Source: Phallusia mammillata
Lineage: Eukaryota
Reading direction: 5' to 3'
DNA: 64,000 bases
Assembly: GCA_965637545.1 (NCBI GenBank)
Contig: OZ281499.1
Location: 1,240,001-1,304,000 of the forward strand
The number at the start of each line of letters is the position of its first letter. The first letter of the stretch is position 1. Both the position numbers and the translations under genes were made by a program. Under the pieces are notes generated by a model that searched no databases, was not told the origin of the DNA, and worked only from the letters and a program-made list of their open reading frames with translations. Positions 22,750 to 34,976 of this stretch are shown piece by piece.

Positions 22750-25618
22750 ATGGCTGATGGTGTTCCAAATACAAGTAAGTAATTAAGCTCAGACATGTAA
22801 GCTACTGCTTGGTTGGGTATAGTTCAGTGGTTCTCAACCTTTTATGCACCGTTGCCCCCTAAAAAAAATTTCGGGCCTCGTGGCCCATGATCTATCTGGA
22901 CACTTTTATGCCAAAAATATACATTAAAATGGACAAATAGTGTGAAAAATATTCGGTTAAATAAGGAAATTGAATCATTTGTAACACACACTTAACATTG
23001 AGCAATATGAAAGAAAATGTTTCACTGACGTTTGGTGGATGTTTCTAGTGAGCCTACACCCTTGGCGCCCCAGAATACAGCTTATGCCCCACCCCACCCC
23101 CCTAGGGTGCCATGGGCTCTGGTTGGATACCACTGCTCTGGTTTGTAAATGTGGACGGCGTTTTAACATTGGCTTTAAAGCTCCCTCATTATAATGCTCT
23201 ATAGAGTCTGAGTAAACGTAGCCTTTACATCGCGTGTGAATACAGTACATAGTCGGCAAAGTAACAGTACTAATATACAGAAGGTGTTAGATAGTGACAA
23301 AGATAAAGATACAATGACGAAATAAAACTTAACTGCTTAATTTCATCAATTTTTTCACAGGCTCAAATGAGTCAACCAGATTGCTGCCAAAAACACCAGC
23401 CAATTCAAAATTTAAGGGCAGAACGTCAGTTTACGGCAATGGTGGAGATGTCAACATTCATGGTAAACAAAACATATGTTGTGGTGATCTGATATATTTT
23501 GATAAACAATTACAAAAAAACTTTAACTTTAAACCTACATGTCAGACTTGACATATATTGATGTTACTTTGACTCAGCGAAATGTTTTGATGAATGATTA
23601 AAAAATATCAACAATATGAAAAAATGAAAATTTTAAATTTAAACGTCTGTCTTATGTTTGTTTTTTTATCAAACATGTCGAATTGTATTGTCTCAACGTA
23701 AAAATGCAATATTTGTATCTTATTAAACTGACCCAAATTTCTTTTTTCCGCGACAGACCGGACCTCACTGCCACCAAATGTAGGATTAACTTTCAACGGT
23801 ACAAATAATGATGGCGCGTGGTTCAACGCCGCTGGAAGAGATCTCAATATTGGTAAATTTCAAACAAATGTTTTGATAAGTTGACAGTAAACAGGTTGAC
23901 AACAATATGATGTGTATTGGGTTATATATTACGTGTAAAATTATTGTATTCCTGTCAACATGTTAAACAAAATATGTCTCTACGTAACTTTATGTTTCAG
24001 AGACATGCAAGCCAGCTCACAAAAAGCTCTTAGTTATTCTTGGCTTAATCGTAGTGGTGGTTATTGTTACTCCAACAGTTATTTTGACCACCAGGAAACC
24101 AACTGAAACCGGTGGTAAGTGTTAACCAAATCTATTTTTTATCTAAATCTATTTTACCCAAATAATTTTGTTTTGCAGAATGTGCTTCTATAAAGCAGAT
24201 TCCAAATAGAGATGTTTACTGCACAAATAAAAACGTCGTCGGGTCCGTTTGCACTTTTTCTTGCATTAAAGGAAATCTTACTAAGGTGAAACTAAATATC
24301 TGTGCGTACAAAGTGTGTAATACTTTGTTGCGTAGAACTGAACACTCCAATGATCTTTATGGATCTGTCAGCCAGACTGGTGCATTTATAAATCTTAAAA
24401 CAGATTATTTATGTTAAAAAATATGGCATGCGATATGCAATGGCTCGTAAAATGCAAAGATTTGCTCAACAAAGTTTGTTTCGTTGTCTATGACAATTTT
24501 TTCTGTCCGATTTGGGGGTCCATGTCGATGGCAACCCTGATAATAACTCAAACAAGTTAGATGACCAACTGGTTGACATGTGCAAACTTCAAGGCAGGCA
24601 AAGGTGCTTGTGATTCGACTTTCGACGATCAGCCAGTGCATAGATTATGTGGTAGGAAGCGAGTCTCGGAAAAGTTTCTGTCATGGGTTCGAGTCCCACT
24701 GCAGACCAGATTTTTTTTACTTATATACCTTACTAAATGGGAATGCTTGGTTTCCAGATAAATCTTTTTTACGCCTTCATTGGGCCTGGTTTACTGTGGT
24801 TTAAACATGTTCGTTTCCAAAGGGACCTGCCAAAGTGACGTGTTTAGCATCGAAGCAGTGGTCGGATAAACTTCCGGTTTGTGAATGTCCACCGTGCACT
24901 GCAGGACCGGAATGTCGAACCATTGACTGGAACAAACTCGTTACTTACACTGATTTATCAGAAAAAGTGGGTAAAAAAAGCCAATGGTCAAAACATTTTT
25001 TTCGCCATACCGAACAATTGTTATAGGTATAGAATATGTTAGAGTTATAAGCAGTGGTGGGATTCAGCCGGTTCGCACCGGTGCTATAGAACCTTCTCAC
25101 GAAATTTTATGAGATCAGCGAACCGGTTAGCATTACTGGTTACTATCAACTGACTTTTTGTAACAGAACCGGCTGGCAAATACGACTTTTGTGATAGAAC
25201 CGGCTGACAAAAAATTTGAATTTCACCACTGGAGTTAAGTAAAAAAAATCTCTGAAAGATTCCGTTACTGCTGGGTTAATGTTACTGTTTTTTTTTGTGT
25301 TTTTGATGACAAAACAACACCAATAAAGTTATTTAGTCAGTTCTACATATTGTTTTCCGTTTCCAGATTTATTACGGATCACACGAAATCGAATGCATCA
25401 GCAATGGCAGGTGGAGATGGAGAGGTTTCAAATCAGAATGGGTTTACGATGGAACTTGTACAGACATTAATACACGAGAGACACAACTCTGCAAGGATTT
25501 GGAGTCTGGTGACGGTGCAAAGCAACACGCGTTGGCCAATCTCATTAAAAAGGGCAAAGGTTACCCAACACCCTGTGGCAAAGAAAACTGGCTAGGAAAT
25601 TTGAGTTGTGATCAATGA
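22750..25618 (+). CDS. Array copy 4: type II membrane protein, 279 aa, intact
   Basis: Exons 22750-22774, 23361-23462, 23757-23852, 24001-24114, 24179-24285, 24823-24966, 25367-25618; 840 nt in frame. Protein: MADGVPNTSSNESTRLL..VYGNGGDVNIH..WFNAAGRDLNI..KKLLVILGLIVVVVIVTPTVIL..Sushi..CISNGRWRWRGFKSEWVYDGTC..LSCDQ*. Confidence 0.92.
22825..23135. mobile_element. Old or composite hAT-type MITE in intron 1 of copy 4
   Basis: CAGTGGTTCTCAACC start and GGTTGGATACCACTG end; no clean TSD. Confidence 0.45.
24570..24730 (+). mobile_element. Degenerate copy of the tRNA-containing repeat (same family as 63016-63615)
   Basis: TGACATGTGCA...GTGATTCGACTTTCGACG...GGGTTCGAGTCCCACTGCAG..AGATTTTTTT matches the reverse complement of about 63440-63580; a more decayed copy lies at about 4430-4515. 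Confidence 0.75.
25052..25231. mobile_element. hAT MITE (CAGTGGTGGGATTC family), inverted relative to the 6565 copy
   Basis: TIRs CAGTGGTGGGATTC / GAATTTCACCACTG; body matches the 6565-6744 copy. Confidence 0.85.
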
Positions 25619-25687
25619 ACTAAGATTAGATGACTCCTTAACAGACTTGTCATAAAGTTTATAGAGCTCTTCTGGCAAATGTATTTT

Positions 25688-25725
25688 TATTCCGACGTTT
25701 CGACGTCCTGTCTTCATCAGGGTAA
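25688..25725 (-). ncRNA. Minimal hammerhead-ribozyme motif (Penelope-like fragment) just 3' of copy 4
   Basis: Minus strand reads CC-CTGATGA-A-GAC-AGGAC-GTC-GAAAC-GTC-GG; stem I is only about 2-3 bp. Confidence 0.55.
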
Positions 25726-26848
25726 ATAACACTGAATGGGACGAGTACAGTGCACGATAAACAAAGGAAAAAAGAATATAAACGTCACAACGCAACGGAA
25801 ACACCGCGCGATAACGAATGATTGGGCCTCTAGTCTTTGCGCAGGTGCCTGTTATAAGCTTGTGGGTTTCCTGTGAACAAAACGGGAACACTTAGAACAC
25901 CTTAATTTCTGCTCGATCAATGTATAAAAATCTGTGAGTAACATTGTCAGGGTTCCCCCCAAAAAATTGTGCTTCTATCTTCTATCATAAACGGTCTCAA
26001 AAACTCAATATATTTTTCAACTCTACAAGAGCAATTAGAAAAAAATGATTTAAAACAAACCGCTAAAGCGCAGCAAAGAGCTTTACTGACATGAAGGGTG
26101 GGTTATGTGCAATTTGTGTTGATTTCATTACTTTCAGTTTTTCTTGTTTGTGTTGTCGGTTCGATTCTGGAATAAACATACTTTTTAAATAAAATTAAAA
26201 AATCATTCTGGGAAATTCTGGCAAACGGAATATTTTAATTTAATTTCGATTATTTGGTCGTCCAATAGTTGCCACAAACGGCACCCGAGAGTCAAAATGA
26301 TCCTTCTTTTACGTGAAGTGGTTGAGTAAACTGAAGGCAAACAGTTGTGAGAGTTTTTCAATGAACAAAGTGTGAGAGATTTGCTTTTGCGTTTATTTAG
26401 TATGTGGAATAATACTTAGCACAAGAGTTACCAACCAATGTCCAAGTTGGTCATGGTTTAAGAGTTAAATAAAGTAAGGGTTAAATATGTTTCAAGTTAA
26501 AAATGGATTTGTGTGTCAAAAATACTTTAGATTAACAAGGCTAATTTCTTATCTTACAAATACATCCATTGAATTACGCGGGAGTTGCTAACCTCCGATT
26601 TAACAGATATAATATTCAGTTTAAAGTTATGTGAAATCCGTGTCGCTATTTCCTCTTCAGTAATATACTGGAAAAAGAATCTTTTCTAAGAAACCAACGC
26701 AACTCGGACAAGGATATTCGCTTTTAAGTTTCTTGTGTTATTTACAAGTGACACTTCTGTTTTGTTTATGTTTTTTTAGTTTCTTCCAACTTAACATGGT
26801 TTTCTGAGAAAATCTGTTGCATGAAGTGTTGAACTAAAGTTGGTTAGC

Positions 26849-28893
26849 ATGACTGATGGTGCAATTAATGCAGGTAGGCGCGTTAAGTTGTTTGAGTTAT
26901 TTAAACAAACAAAGTCAACTTTGCTAACAAGCCGAACTTTGTCCTTGTTCTCAATAACCTTGTTGAATCAACTGTGTACTCTCGAAGTTTTAAATTTGTT
27001 TCGCAAACATGCAAAAGACCAAAAAAATCTGAGTCTGTAGTTGTGTGTAAAACATACGTTTCGACAAGTGCTATTGTCATCATCAGGTCATTTTATCTCC
27101 GTTTAATTGCTTTTACCTTTTACTTCGTCTTGACCTTTTTTATCGTTGTGCGGCACCCAGTAGCATGCCTTCTGTTGACTTTAATTCTAAAAACCTGTTG
27201 ATGACAATAGCATTTGTCAAAACGCAGTATTGTTTTATACGCAAATACTGGCTTTAATTTTTTTGCTCAGATTATTTAAAAGTTTGAATAGTGTACCTTA
27301 TATTAGAAAATATACGAAAATCACAAGACAGTGGAAGATCAAAATAAAAATTTGCAGTAGCTAACATGATATAAAACAACTGTTTGTTTTGGTGGATGTT
27401 AAAGTATTTGTTTAGTGTTGAAATCGTGCATGCAAGTGTTTAAAGAGCCTCATGCAGCTAATGAAACACAAACTGACAACCGCTAAATTACATCAAGAGA
27501 GAGTATAGTTGGTATTGAATGATTGATTGACTAGGAGTTTTTTTTTGCGACAGAACCGGACGAGACGACTCCATTGCAAGCAAGTTTCAACAAATCGGAA
27601 ATTAAAGACAGTTTATTTCACTTTGCTGGAAGAGACATCAATATTGGTAAACCACACAGCATTTTGCTAAGTTGACATGTTTTGTTAAACAATTACAATG
27701 TATGCATTTCAAAGAATTTCTGTCACAATGCTTAAGTAAGCACTTAAGTAAGTACGTCGTGTTGCCTCAAATTAAGTAATTTTACGTCTTAGGACCATGC
27801 AAGCCAGTTCACCAAAAGCTCTTTATTACTCTGGGCATACTGGCAGTGGTCGCCATCGTTACTCCAACAGTAATTTTGACCACCAAGAAACAAACTCCCC
27901 CCGTTGGTAAGGCTTTGTCGTTACATGGTTTCATGTTAAACCCGTTATAACAATTTTGTTTCGCAGAATGTGCGTCCATAAAGCAGATTCCGAATAGAGA
28001 GGTTTATTGCACAAATAAAAATGTCGTCGGATCAATTTGCACTTTTTCTTGCAATACGGGAAATCTTACAAATGTAAGACATATGGCATATAAAAGTACA
28101 TTTCGACTTTGTGTTCTTTTTGGGGCCTGCCCAAATAACCCTGACTCAACCACATCAAATGTCTCACAAGCTTGTTTGATTTCCATAGGGACCTGCCAAA
28201 GTGACGTGTCTGGCATCGAAGCAGTGGTCGGATAAACTTCCGGTTTGTGAATGTCCACCTTGCACTGCAGGACCAGAATGTCGAACCATTGACTGGAAAA
28301 AACTCGTCACTTATACCGATAAATCCGAAACGGTTGGAGAAATTGTTTAATTAAGATGTATTGAGTCGTTCTACTGAGACACCTAGTTTAACGTTACTTG
28401 TGTATTTTAAAACCAAAGTAGTTCCATCAGAAAACATGGGTAGATGAAAAATACCTTGGACACGTCCAAGAAATATCAACATTACCTTGGAAGTAAAATA
28501 AATGGGCTTACATTTTTCTTGTTAGTATTTGGAACATTGAAACAAATTTTTACCGGCTTTGTGTTATGAGCCGTTTGCCTAAAGACAAATCAATCCCTCA
28601 TATTTTATTTTATAATTTAATAAACTATTTTGTCCTGTCAGATTTATTACGCTTCACACGAAATAGAATGCAACAGTGAACCCAGGGTAAAATGGAAAGG
28701 TGTCAAGACTGAATGGGTTTACGATGGAACTTGTACGGATGTGAACACACGAGAAACACAACTATGCAAAGGTTTGAATTCAAGTGGAGGTTCAAAAGAA
28801 CACGCGTTGGCCAATCTCATTAAAAAGGGAAAAGATTACCCAACGCCATGTAACGAACAAAACTGGAAGGAAGATTTGGATTGCGATGAATGA
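26849..28893 (+). CDS. Array copy 5: type II membrane protein, 244 aa, intact, one tail motif
   Basis: Exons 26849-26873, 27554-27646, 27793-27906, 27967-28073, 28189-28332, 28642-28893; 735 nt in frame. Protein: MTDGAINA..FHFAGRDINI..KLFITLGILAVVAIVTPTVIL..Sushi..CNSEPRVKWKGVKTEWVYDGTC..LDCDE*. Confidence 0.92.
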
Positions 28894-31800
28894 AATGCAA
28901 GTTAAAGTTGTACCTATATGGAACAGCCAAGTTTGATGAAACAGATTTTGAATAAGACTATTGGTGTTCCTCAGACTACATGAGAGATGCCTTCAATGTA
29001 CATTTTTTTTAGTTTTGTTACCTTCTAGTTTTTGCTTCTTTTTTGCTATCGGTCTGATTCTGATTGCCTGGTTCTTTTCTTGTTTCCTTATTTCAATGAA
29101 ATTTCCTTGTTTGCATATTAAACTGCTGTTGTTTTTTAACGTTGAAGTCAGTACTTAAAGTCACAATTATATTGTTTTGCATTTGTCAAAAATTCTTTTG
29201 TAAAGCAAATTCACCCCATCGGCAGAATAATTTTCAAAAATCTACAACCGCTAGAGTGCAGTCACAAGCAACAACAAAGCAGCTGACATGTGAAATATAC
29301 AGACATAAGAAACCTGATCGGGATTCGTCCCCGGGAGTGTCCTGGGTTCGAACCCCGAGAAAAAAAAGAAAAAAAGAAAAGAAATTAGGGACTACCAGAT
29401 TAACCGTTTCTGTTGTCTGGCCTGAAACCGGGACAAAAACTTCTAGAAACCATTTAAGAGTTATGTGTGTACTGTGTAAATGTATTAAAAACTGGTCCTT
29501 GAGATCAATACCAACAGAACTTGTCATTTATTTTTATTGTACATTTTGCAGATGGACAGATGCAAATAGAATTTTCTTGACCCAAATATGAAATAAGTTT
29601 CCCTACGATATTCATCATAAACTTTAAACAATCCCAGTTTTAAACTACGGCTCGATTTTTTATTGTTTAGAAATCTTTCGTAACAATTACTGCCCAATAC
29701 TGCCTATGTCCTGTCACCAACTGTACTGATGACATCTTGTAGGTCGAACCTTGTCCGCAGCTTATTGTATTAAAAACTTTCAAAACGAATGTGTATTGGA
29801 AATGTTCTTCATTGCTTCACTGCCATTTGAATCCGATTTAAAAAGAAAATTTGCAACCAAACGTTTGGTTTTTTAAAGTTTAGTGACAAAAATCAAACAT
29901 ATTATTCCCAAAAAAACTAATATTTGTTTTTGATAATTGCAAGTGATAAATGATTTTATAAATGTAAAAATTCGTACTGTCATTTTCTAGTCAATTTGAA
30001 AATATGTAATATTAAACAAAATTCCAACCCAAGACAGAATAATCACTTTTCAAGTTTAGTTAAATTGACACAAATTGTCTCAAGCACAAGATGTCGCCGC
30101 AAGCCCTTTTGTCATGGTTGACTCGGCGCCAATCATGCTTGACGGCACCGACGTAAGAAAAAAGAAGCGCGGATTCCAGAATTTATTTGGTGTCTCGCTT
30201 TGTTTCGTCACAAGGACCAGCGCAAAGTAGAAAAGCAGGCAGCACGCATTGTTGGTTGTTGTGCTGCAAAGGTGGATAGCGCACAGATGAATATAATATG
30301 AAGCGACACACAAGAAGAAAATATTGGATTGTTTTGTTTTATTTCACCACGATTTGTTTAAAAGAATCTTATGCAGCAGGTAAGCAAGAAATGTTCTTTT
30401 AGTTTTGTTGCATTGTTCTTTGTTTTGTGACGACATAAGCTTGGACAATGCCTAATTGATTTGAATTGAATGGGTAAATTTGATTTCATTTGTTGCTGAC
30501 ATTTATATTTGATGTTTGCGACATTAAATTTTATTCGCAAACCAAGTAAGCTAGGTATAGTAGCTGGAATGACAGTGGATTATAGTGTTCCTTACTGCTG
30601 AAGATTTGTCAGATATATAACTTTGCAACATTCTAAAGCCTTACCAGTTACCATTAAAGCAAATGAAATTTTTGTGTGTGAACTTATCATTGACAATTTA
30701 ATAGTTACCAGTATTTGGCAATAGTATACAAAACTTGTGTTATGGGTCCAAGCTTGGTGTAGACTTAGATAACATCTTTTGGCAAAGTTGTAGTTAGTTT
30801 TGCTGGTAGATTTTTCTTGTGCTGTAATTTACCCGCCTTAGTTTGTCACGCTCCATCTATAACGCATTCTTGTCGCCGTCGCCTCTTGGCAAATCGGCTA
30901 GTTTAGTCCGATTCCGTATAAAGGAGTGCCCGTGTACGCGAAATTATGGGCTTACCGGATTATAGTAGTTGCTGAGAGCAGTGCATTTTGCTTAAAGCTA
31001 TTTGATTGCTTCTGTAGTATTTTGACTGTTGTTGTGTCTCCACACATTGTAGTCCTAACTCGCAAAGTTACACAGGCAAATTAAGCAAATTTAGCCATTT
31101 AATTCATATGCAAACTAGCTGTGTAAGCGTGAACATACAGCACAAGCTGGAAAATCTTTTGTAATGTTTATTAATAAGAACATGTGTTCGTAGTATTGAG
31201 GTAAAAATTTGTGCAAAATATTTTTGGTCAAAATGTTGTTGGTAGTTGCTTGGGTTTTGTTGCGTCACAGAGAGCCAGCGACATGCTCGACTGAACAAAT
31301 TAACAGTCCCCCCGTCTCTTTGTCTCGTCTTGGTTTTTAGCTAATTGAATGTTCAGCAGATTTCACAGTTCTATGCACAGAGTCCTGGGCCCTTGTGTTT
31401 CCCGTAAACAAGCCGCTCGCTATCTTAAGTTCCTAAATGCTTGCCTATGGACCGTAGCGGCTTAAAATCACGCGTACCGGTGCGCAAATCACCTAAAACA
31501 TGCCTCAACAATGCCGTGAACCGTTGTGAGGCTCGCTAAGCCCCTCCGAATCTTTTCTATTTCTTTCAACGCCTGGTGCCTGGTGTTTCTGCGTCAGGGC
31601 AGACTAACTTCTGGTTGTTTTGCCCCGCTCCACTTAGGTCATCTTCTAAAAGCGTTTTCGCTCTTCATCCAGTTAATTTTCATCAATCTTCGTTACATCT
31701 CAGCGCTTTCCTATTCCTAGCTCCTCGATGCCAACTCAGTGTGTAAAAAACGCCGTCTGTTTCCCAATGAGTTGTTTGGCGCTATTGGTTTTGTAAACAT

Positions 31801-34793
31801 AGTTCATATTTCGCGCTAATTGCAATCAAAGTTTTTCTATTGTCTGTGCTTATTTCTAGCACATCGCAGAATTGAATTATTACTTTAAATGTGACAAAAC
31901 GGCTAGACTTCAATAAATGAACATCAAATAAAAGTAAACCTTTAAAAAATATATTTCGATCAAACTTAAAGGTTTAAAATTCTTGAAAAAATGTCCCGAA
32001 ATTAACCACGTTTAAGAATTCAAACGATTGCCTCGCAAAGCTAAACGGGCAAATGCATTTCTTATGTCCCCATTTTGCCAAATGTCGATATATGCACAGA
32101 TGCGGGATTTGCGTTCCAGCCTGGAGCTTTATAATGTTGAAATATTCTTTGTATGTCACTTTTCCCGTGCCATATGCCGATGTTCCGCTGAAGGTGTTTC
32201 CGTGCTCTTTGCCTCTGCACTTTTTATCGGCTTTAATAATTAATGGCGATCCGGACATTTGACAGAAAAGCTCTGGCAGTTCGCGGGTTTGGTGTTCTGC
32301 CACATGACATGGCATCTGGCGTTGACTTCGACAGGTGAAAGGCTTGCCGATATGCACTTTGAAATGCCCTAATTAGAATGTGTTTATACCTGAAGAGATT
32401 AAAGAGATCAACACAGTTTACGTTCTATGTCAAGCACGTGTCTCATGGAGCTTAACACTTGTCAGGAAAATTGTTGGGGTTTTGTGATTGTTAACTATTT
32501 CCCCATGAAGTTAAAAAAATACTAGCACTTGAACCGAAATCAAGTAAACTAAACAAAATTGATTTTTTTTGGTCATTGCAACTTACCCATGAGACAATAG
32601 AATGGACGTTCAAACTTTGATTATAGACTGGGTTGAAGCATTAAAGTTGTCAAAATAATATTTTTTTTGTTGGTTAAGTATATGACTTTGCGTGAAATTG
32701 GAAAGGTCGGCAATATACAAAGCACGTTACTTTGTTATCACCAACCAAGAGACATGTTGATACCGAGCAAAACCTCCAAAGTGCAGCAGTTCATTATTTT
32801 ACCTCACACCTCCTTACGAGCAAACGCCGCTTACCCAAGCAATTTATATTCAACCCGATGTGTTATCATACTTGGGCACAGGAATTAAGGAGGCGCCCAT
32901 TCATATGCAACAAGCCGCACCGACTTAATGAATAGAGCTGCGGTTAGGCTCAGAAACTAACAGCCCTGAACCGCTAACACATCGGTGTCAAACTTATTTC
33001 CGCTTCATTATAGCGTGAGAGACTAAATTCCACGTGTGATTTCTATGGTCAAACGTTTGATGCTATGATGTCATAGGGATTTCGGCTTCGTTTACGCGTT
33101 CGGTTGTTTGTTTATTTGGAAGCGGGCTTTGAACTTAGAGGATTATGACTTCCTAGAAAGTCTTTGTTGCGCTTCTGTGTTGTATTTGCGCAGACGTGTG
33201 AGATTGTTTGCTGAACGCTAACTGAGACACAACGAGTGTTTTGTTTTTGCCGCTTAAGCTTCCCATAAACCGCTTTGACTCGTTAAAGAGGAATTTATTT
33301 GAAACAATTGTATGAGAACTTATTAAATAAAACATAACTTTATCCCTCATTAAAATTGGTTGCTGAAACCACAGGCGTCACTCGATTAAGTTTTTCAACC
33401 GTTCTTGTCCAAAATTTAAATCTGGAATAATAGACAATAACATAACTCGTGGATTGGTCACTTTGTTGCCTAAGATAAGAGGGCGCATATTGCATATTCC
33501 ATTGAGTTCATCTCCCCCTCAACCTGTTTCGCCACTGGAAATTCCAACAATACAACTAAAACGATGTTAAACAACACGGCGCCATCGCAATTACATTCCT
33601 ATTTCAAACCCCTCGCGTCCACTGCTACAAAGTTCAAGCTGGTAATGCTCAAGGTCTTGCGAACATTTGTCAGGAATTACCAGCTTGTTGTTGCCTTGTT
33701 GCAATGCTCAGTGGGACTTATATCGCTCGGGCTACGTTAGATCTTAAGGCTTGAGGTTGAACACGTCACCTCTGCACGCTAAGCTTGTCCGGGTCGCATC
33801 CTGAGGGAAATATCAATTCACTTTAACCAATGCTTGACTTAATTAAGGCCCATTGGCAAAGTGGTAGAGATTTTTGTGATAATTTAATGCTTTGATACGA
33901 AAATCCGTTTCCCAGGACGTTTGAGTAAAAAATCAGTTGCTCTATTCACAAGTGTACAAAATCTTCCTTTACTTTACACCGTATCAACGATATGTAGGAA
34001 TGAGTGCGTTTTACTCTCTTTACTAAACACGAAAGCGTTGAAGAAACGTTGGAAATAAATTTTGCTTTATATAAGTGTATTTCTATTTCATAAAAATGCA
34101 AGGAAGTTATTGAAAATGCAAAGTTTTTTTTAGCTTGGGCAACGAAGTCTTTTAAAAATGCCTCAAACTCTTTGTATTCAATCGCCAGATTTCGTTTTGC
34201 TGACTCAACCAGTCTCATTGATTGTTACTAATCGAACTTTTAAGGGTAGAAATCGTTACGGCAGATTGTCTCAGGTGTTTTGCCCACCGCTGGGTCGATA
34301 GGCGCGGATCAATGATATAATGGCAATCTTCAATGCATGGGTTGTTCCTACCTGCGACGTTTGGACCCGTTTTACGCCTGATGGCCCAAATTAATCCCAA
34401 GCGGTACAGCGTGGCACCTGAAATTCAATTTAAAACTAAACGACGCATCAAAGGCAGGCAACGTAAATTGTTATTCGGCATATTTGCCACACTGGGAACA
34501 TTTTCGCATTTGTGCTGGTAAATTTACGTTGAAAAGTTTTTGCGATTTTTTTGGCCAAGTTTATCAAAACTACGTTTTTAACATTAAAATACTCCTGTCG
34601 ATTACGTCATATTTCCCATGGGTTTCAAATCACTTTGATTTTCAATCACCTGAGTAGTCAAACCTAGAGTCGCTTTCAGTGTTCAGCGTCAAATGTTGAC
34701 AACTTATCTGGGATTGCACTTTGTCTCTGCTCCCAGCATTGCTCTTATTATCGAACCCAAACCCTAATCTGCTTTATGTTTCCATTTCGGGTT

Positions 34794-34976
34794 TCAATCT
34801 GTATTAGCCGACCCGGAGTCAAGGGGTAAAACCATTTGACGAATTAAAACGTCTCGCAGATTGAAATGCTTCTCTGATTGGTGGGATTTGCTGCCGCAAA
34901 GGCCACAGTGTAATGGATTTTTTCGTTCCTGTAATACATCTTTTGTCTTACTTAAAACGCTGGGAAACCCGACCAA
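34794..34976 (-). mobile_element. Possible decayed LTR-retrotransposon gag zinc knuckle / protease fragment
   Basis: The translation contains CGLCGSKSHQSEKH (CX2CX4HX4H) followed by LPLDSGS (D-S-G protease-like). It is short, and no flanking pol or LTR was found. Confidence 0.3.

Noticed and set aside
9029-28893. Identification of the array as Botryllus fester/uncle fester or as selectin/CR-like genes
   Set aside because: Only the Sushi domain is shared. The topology here is type II with an N-terminal signal-anchor and a different C-terminal domain.
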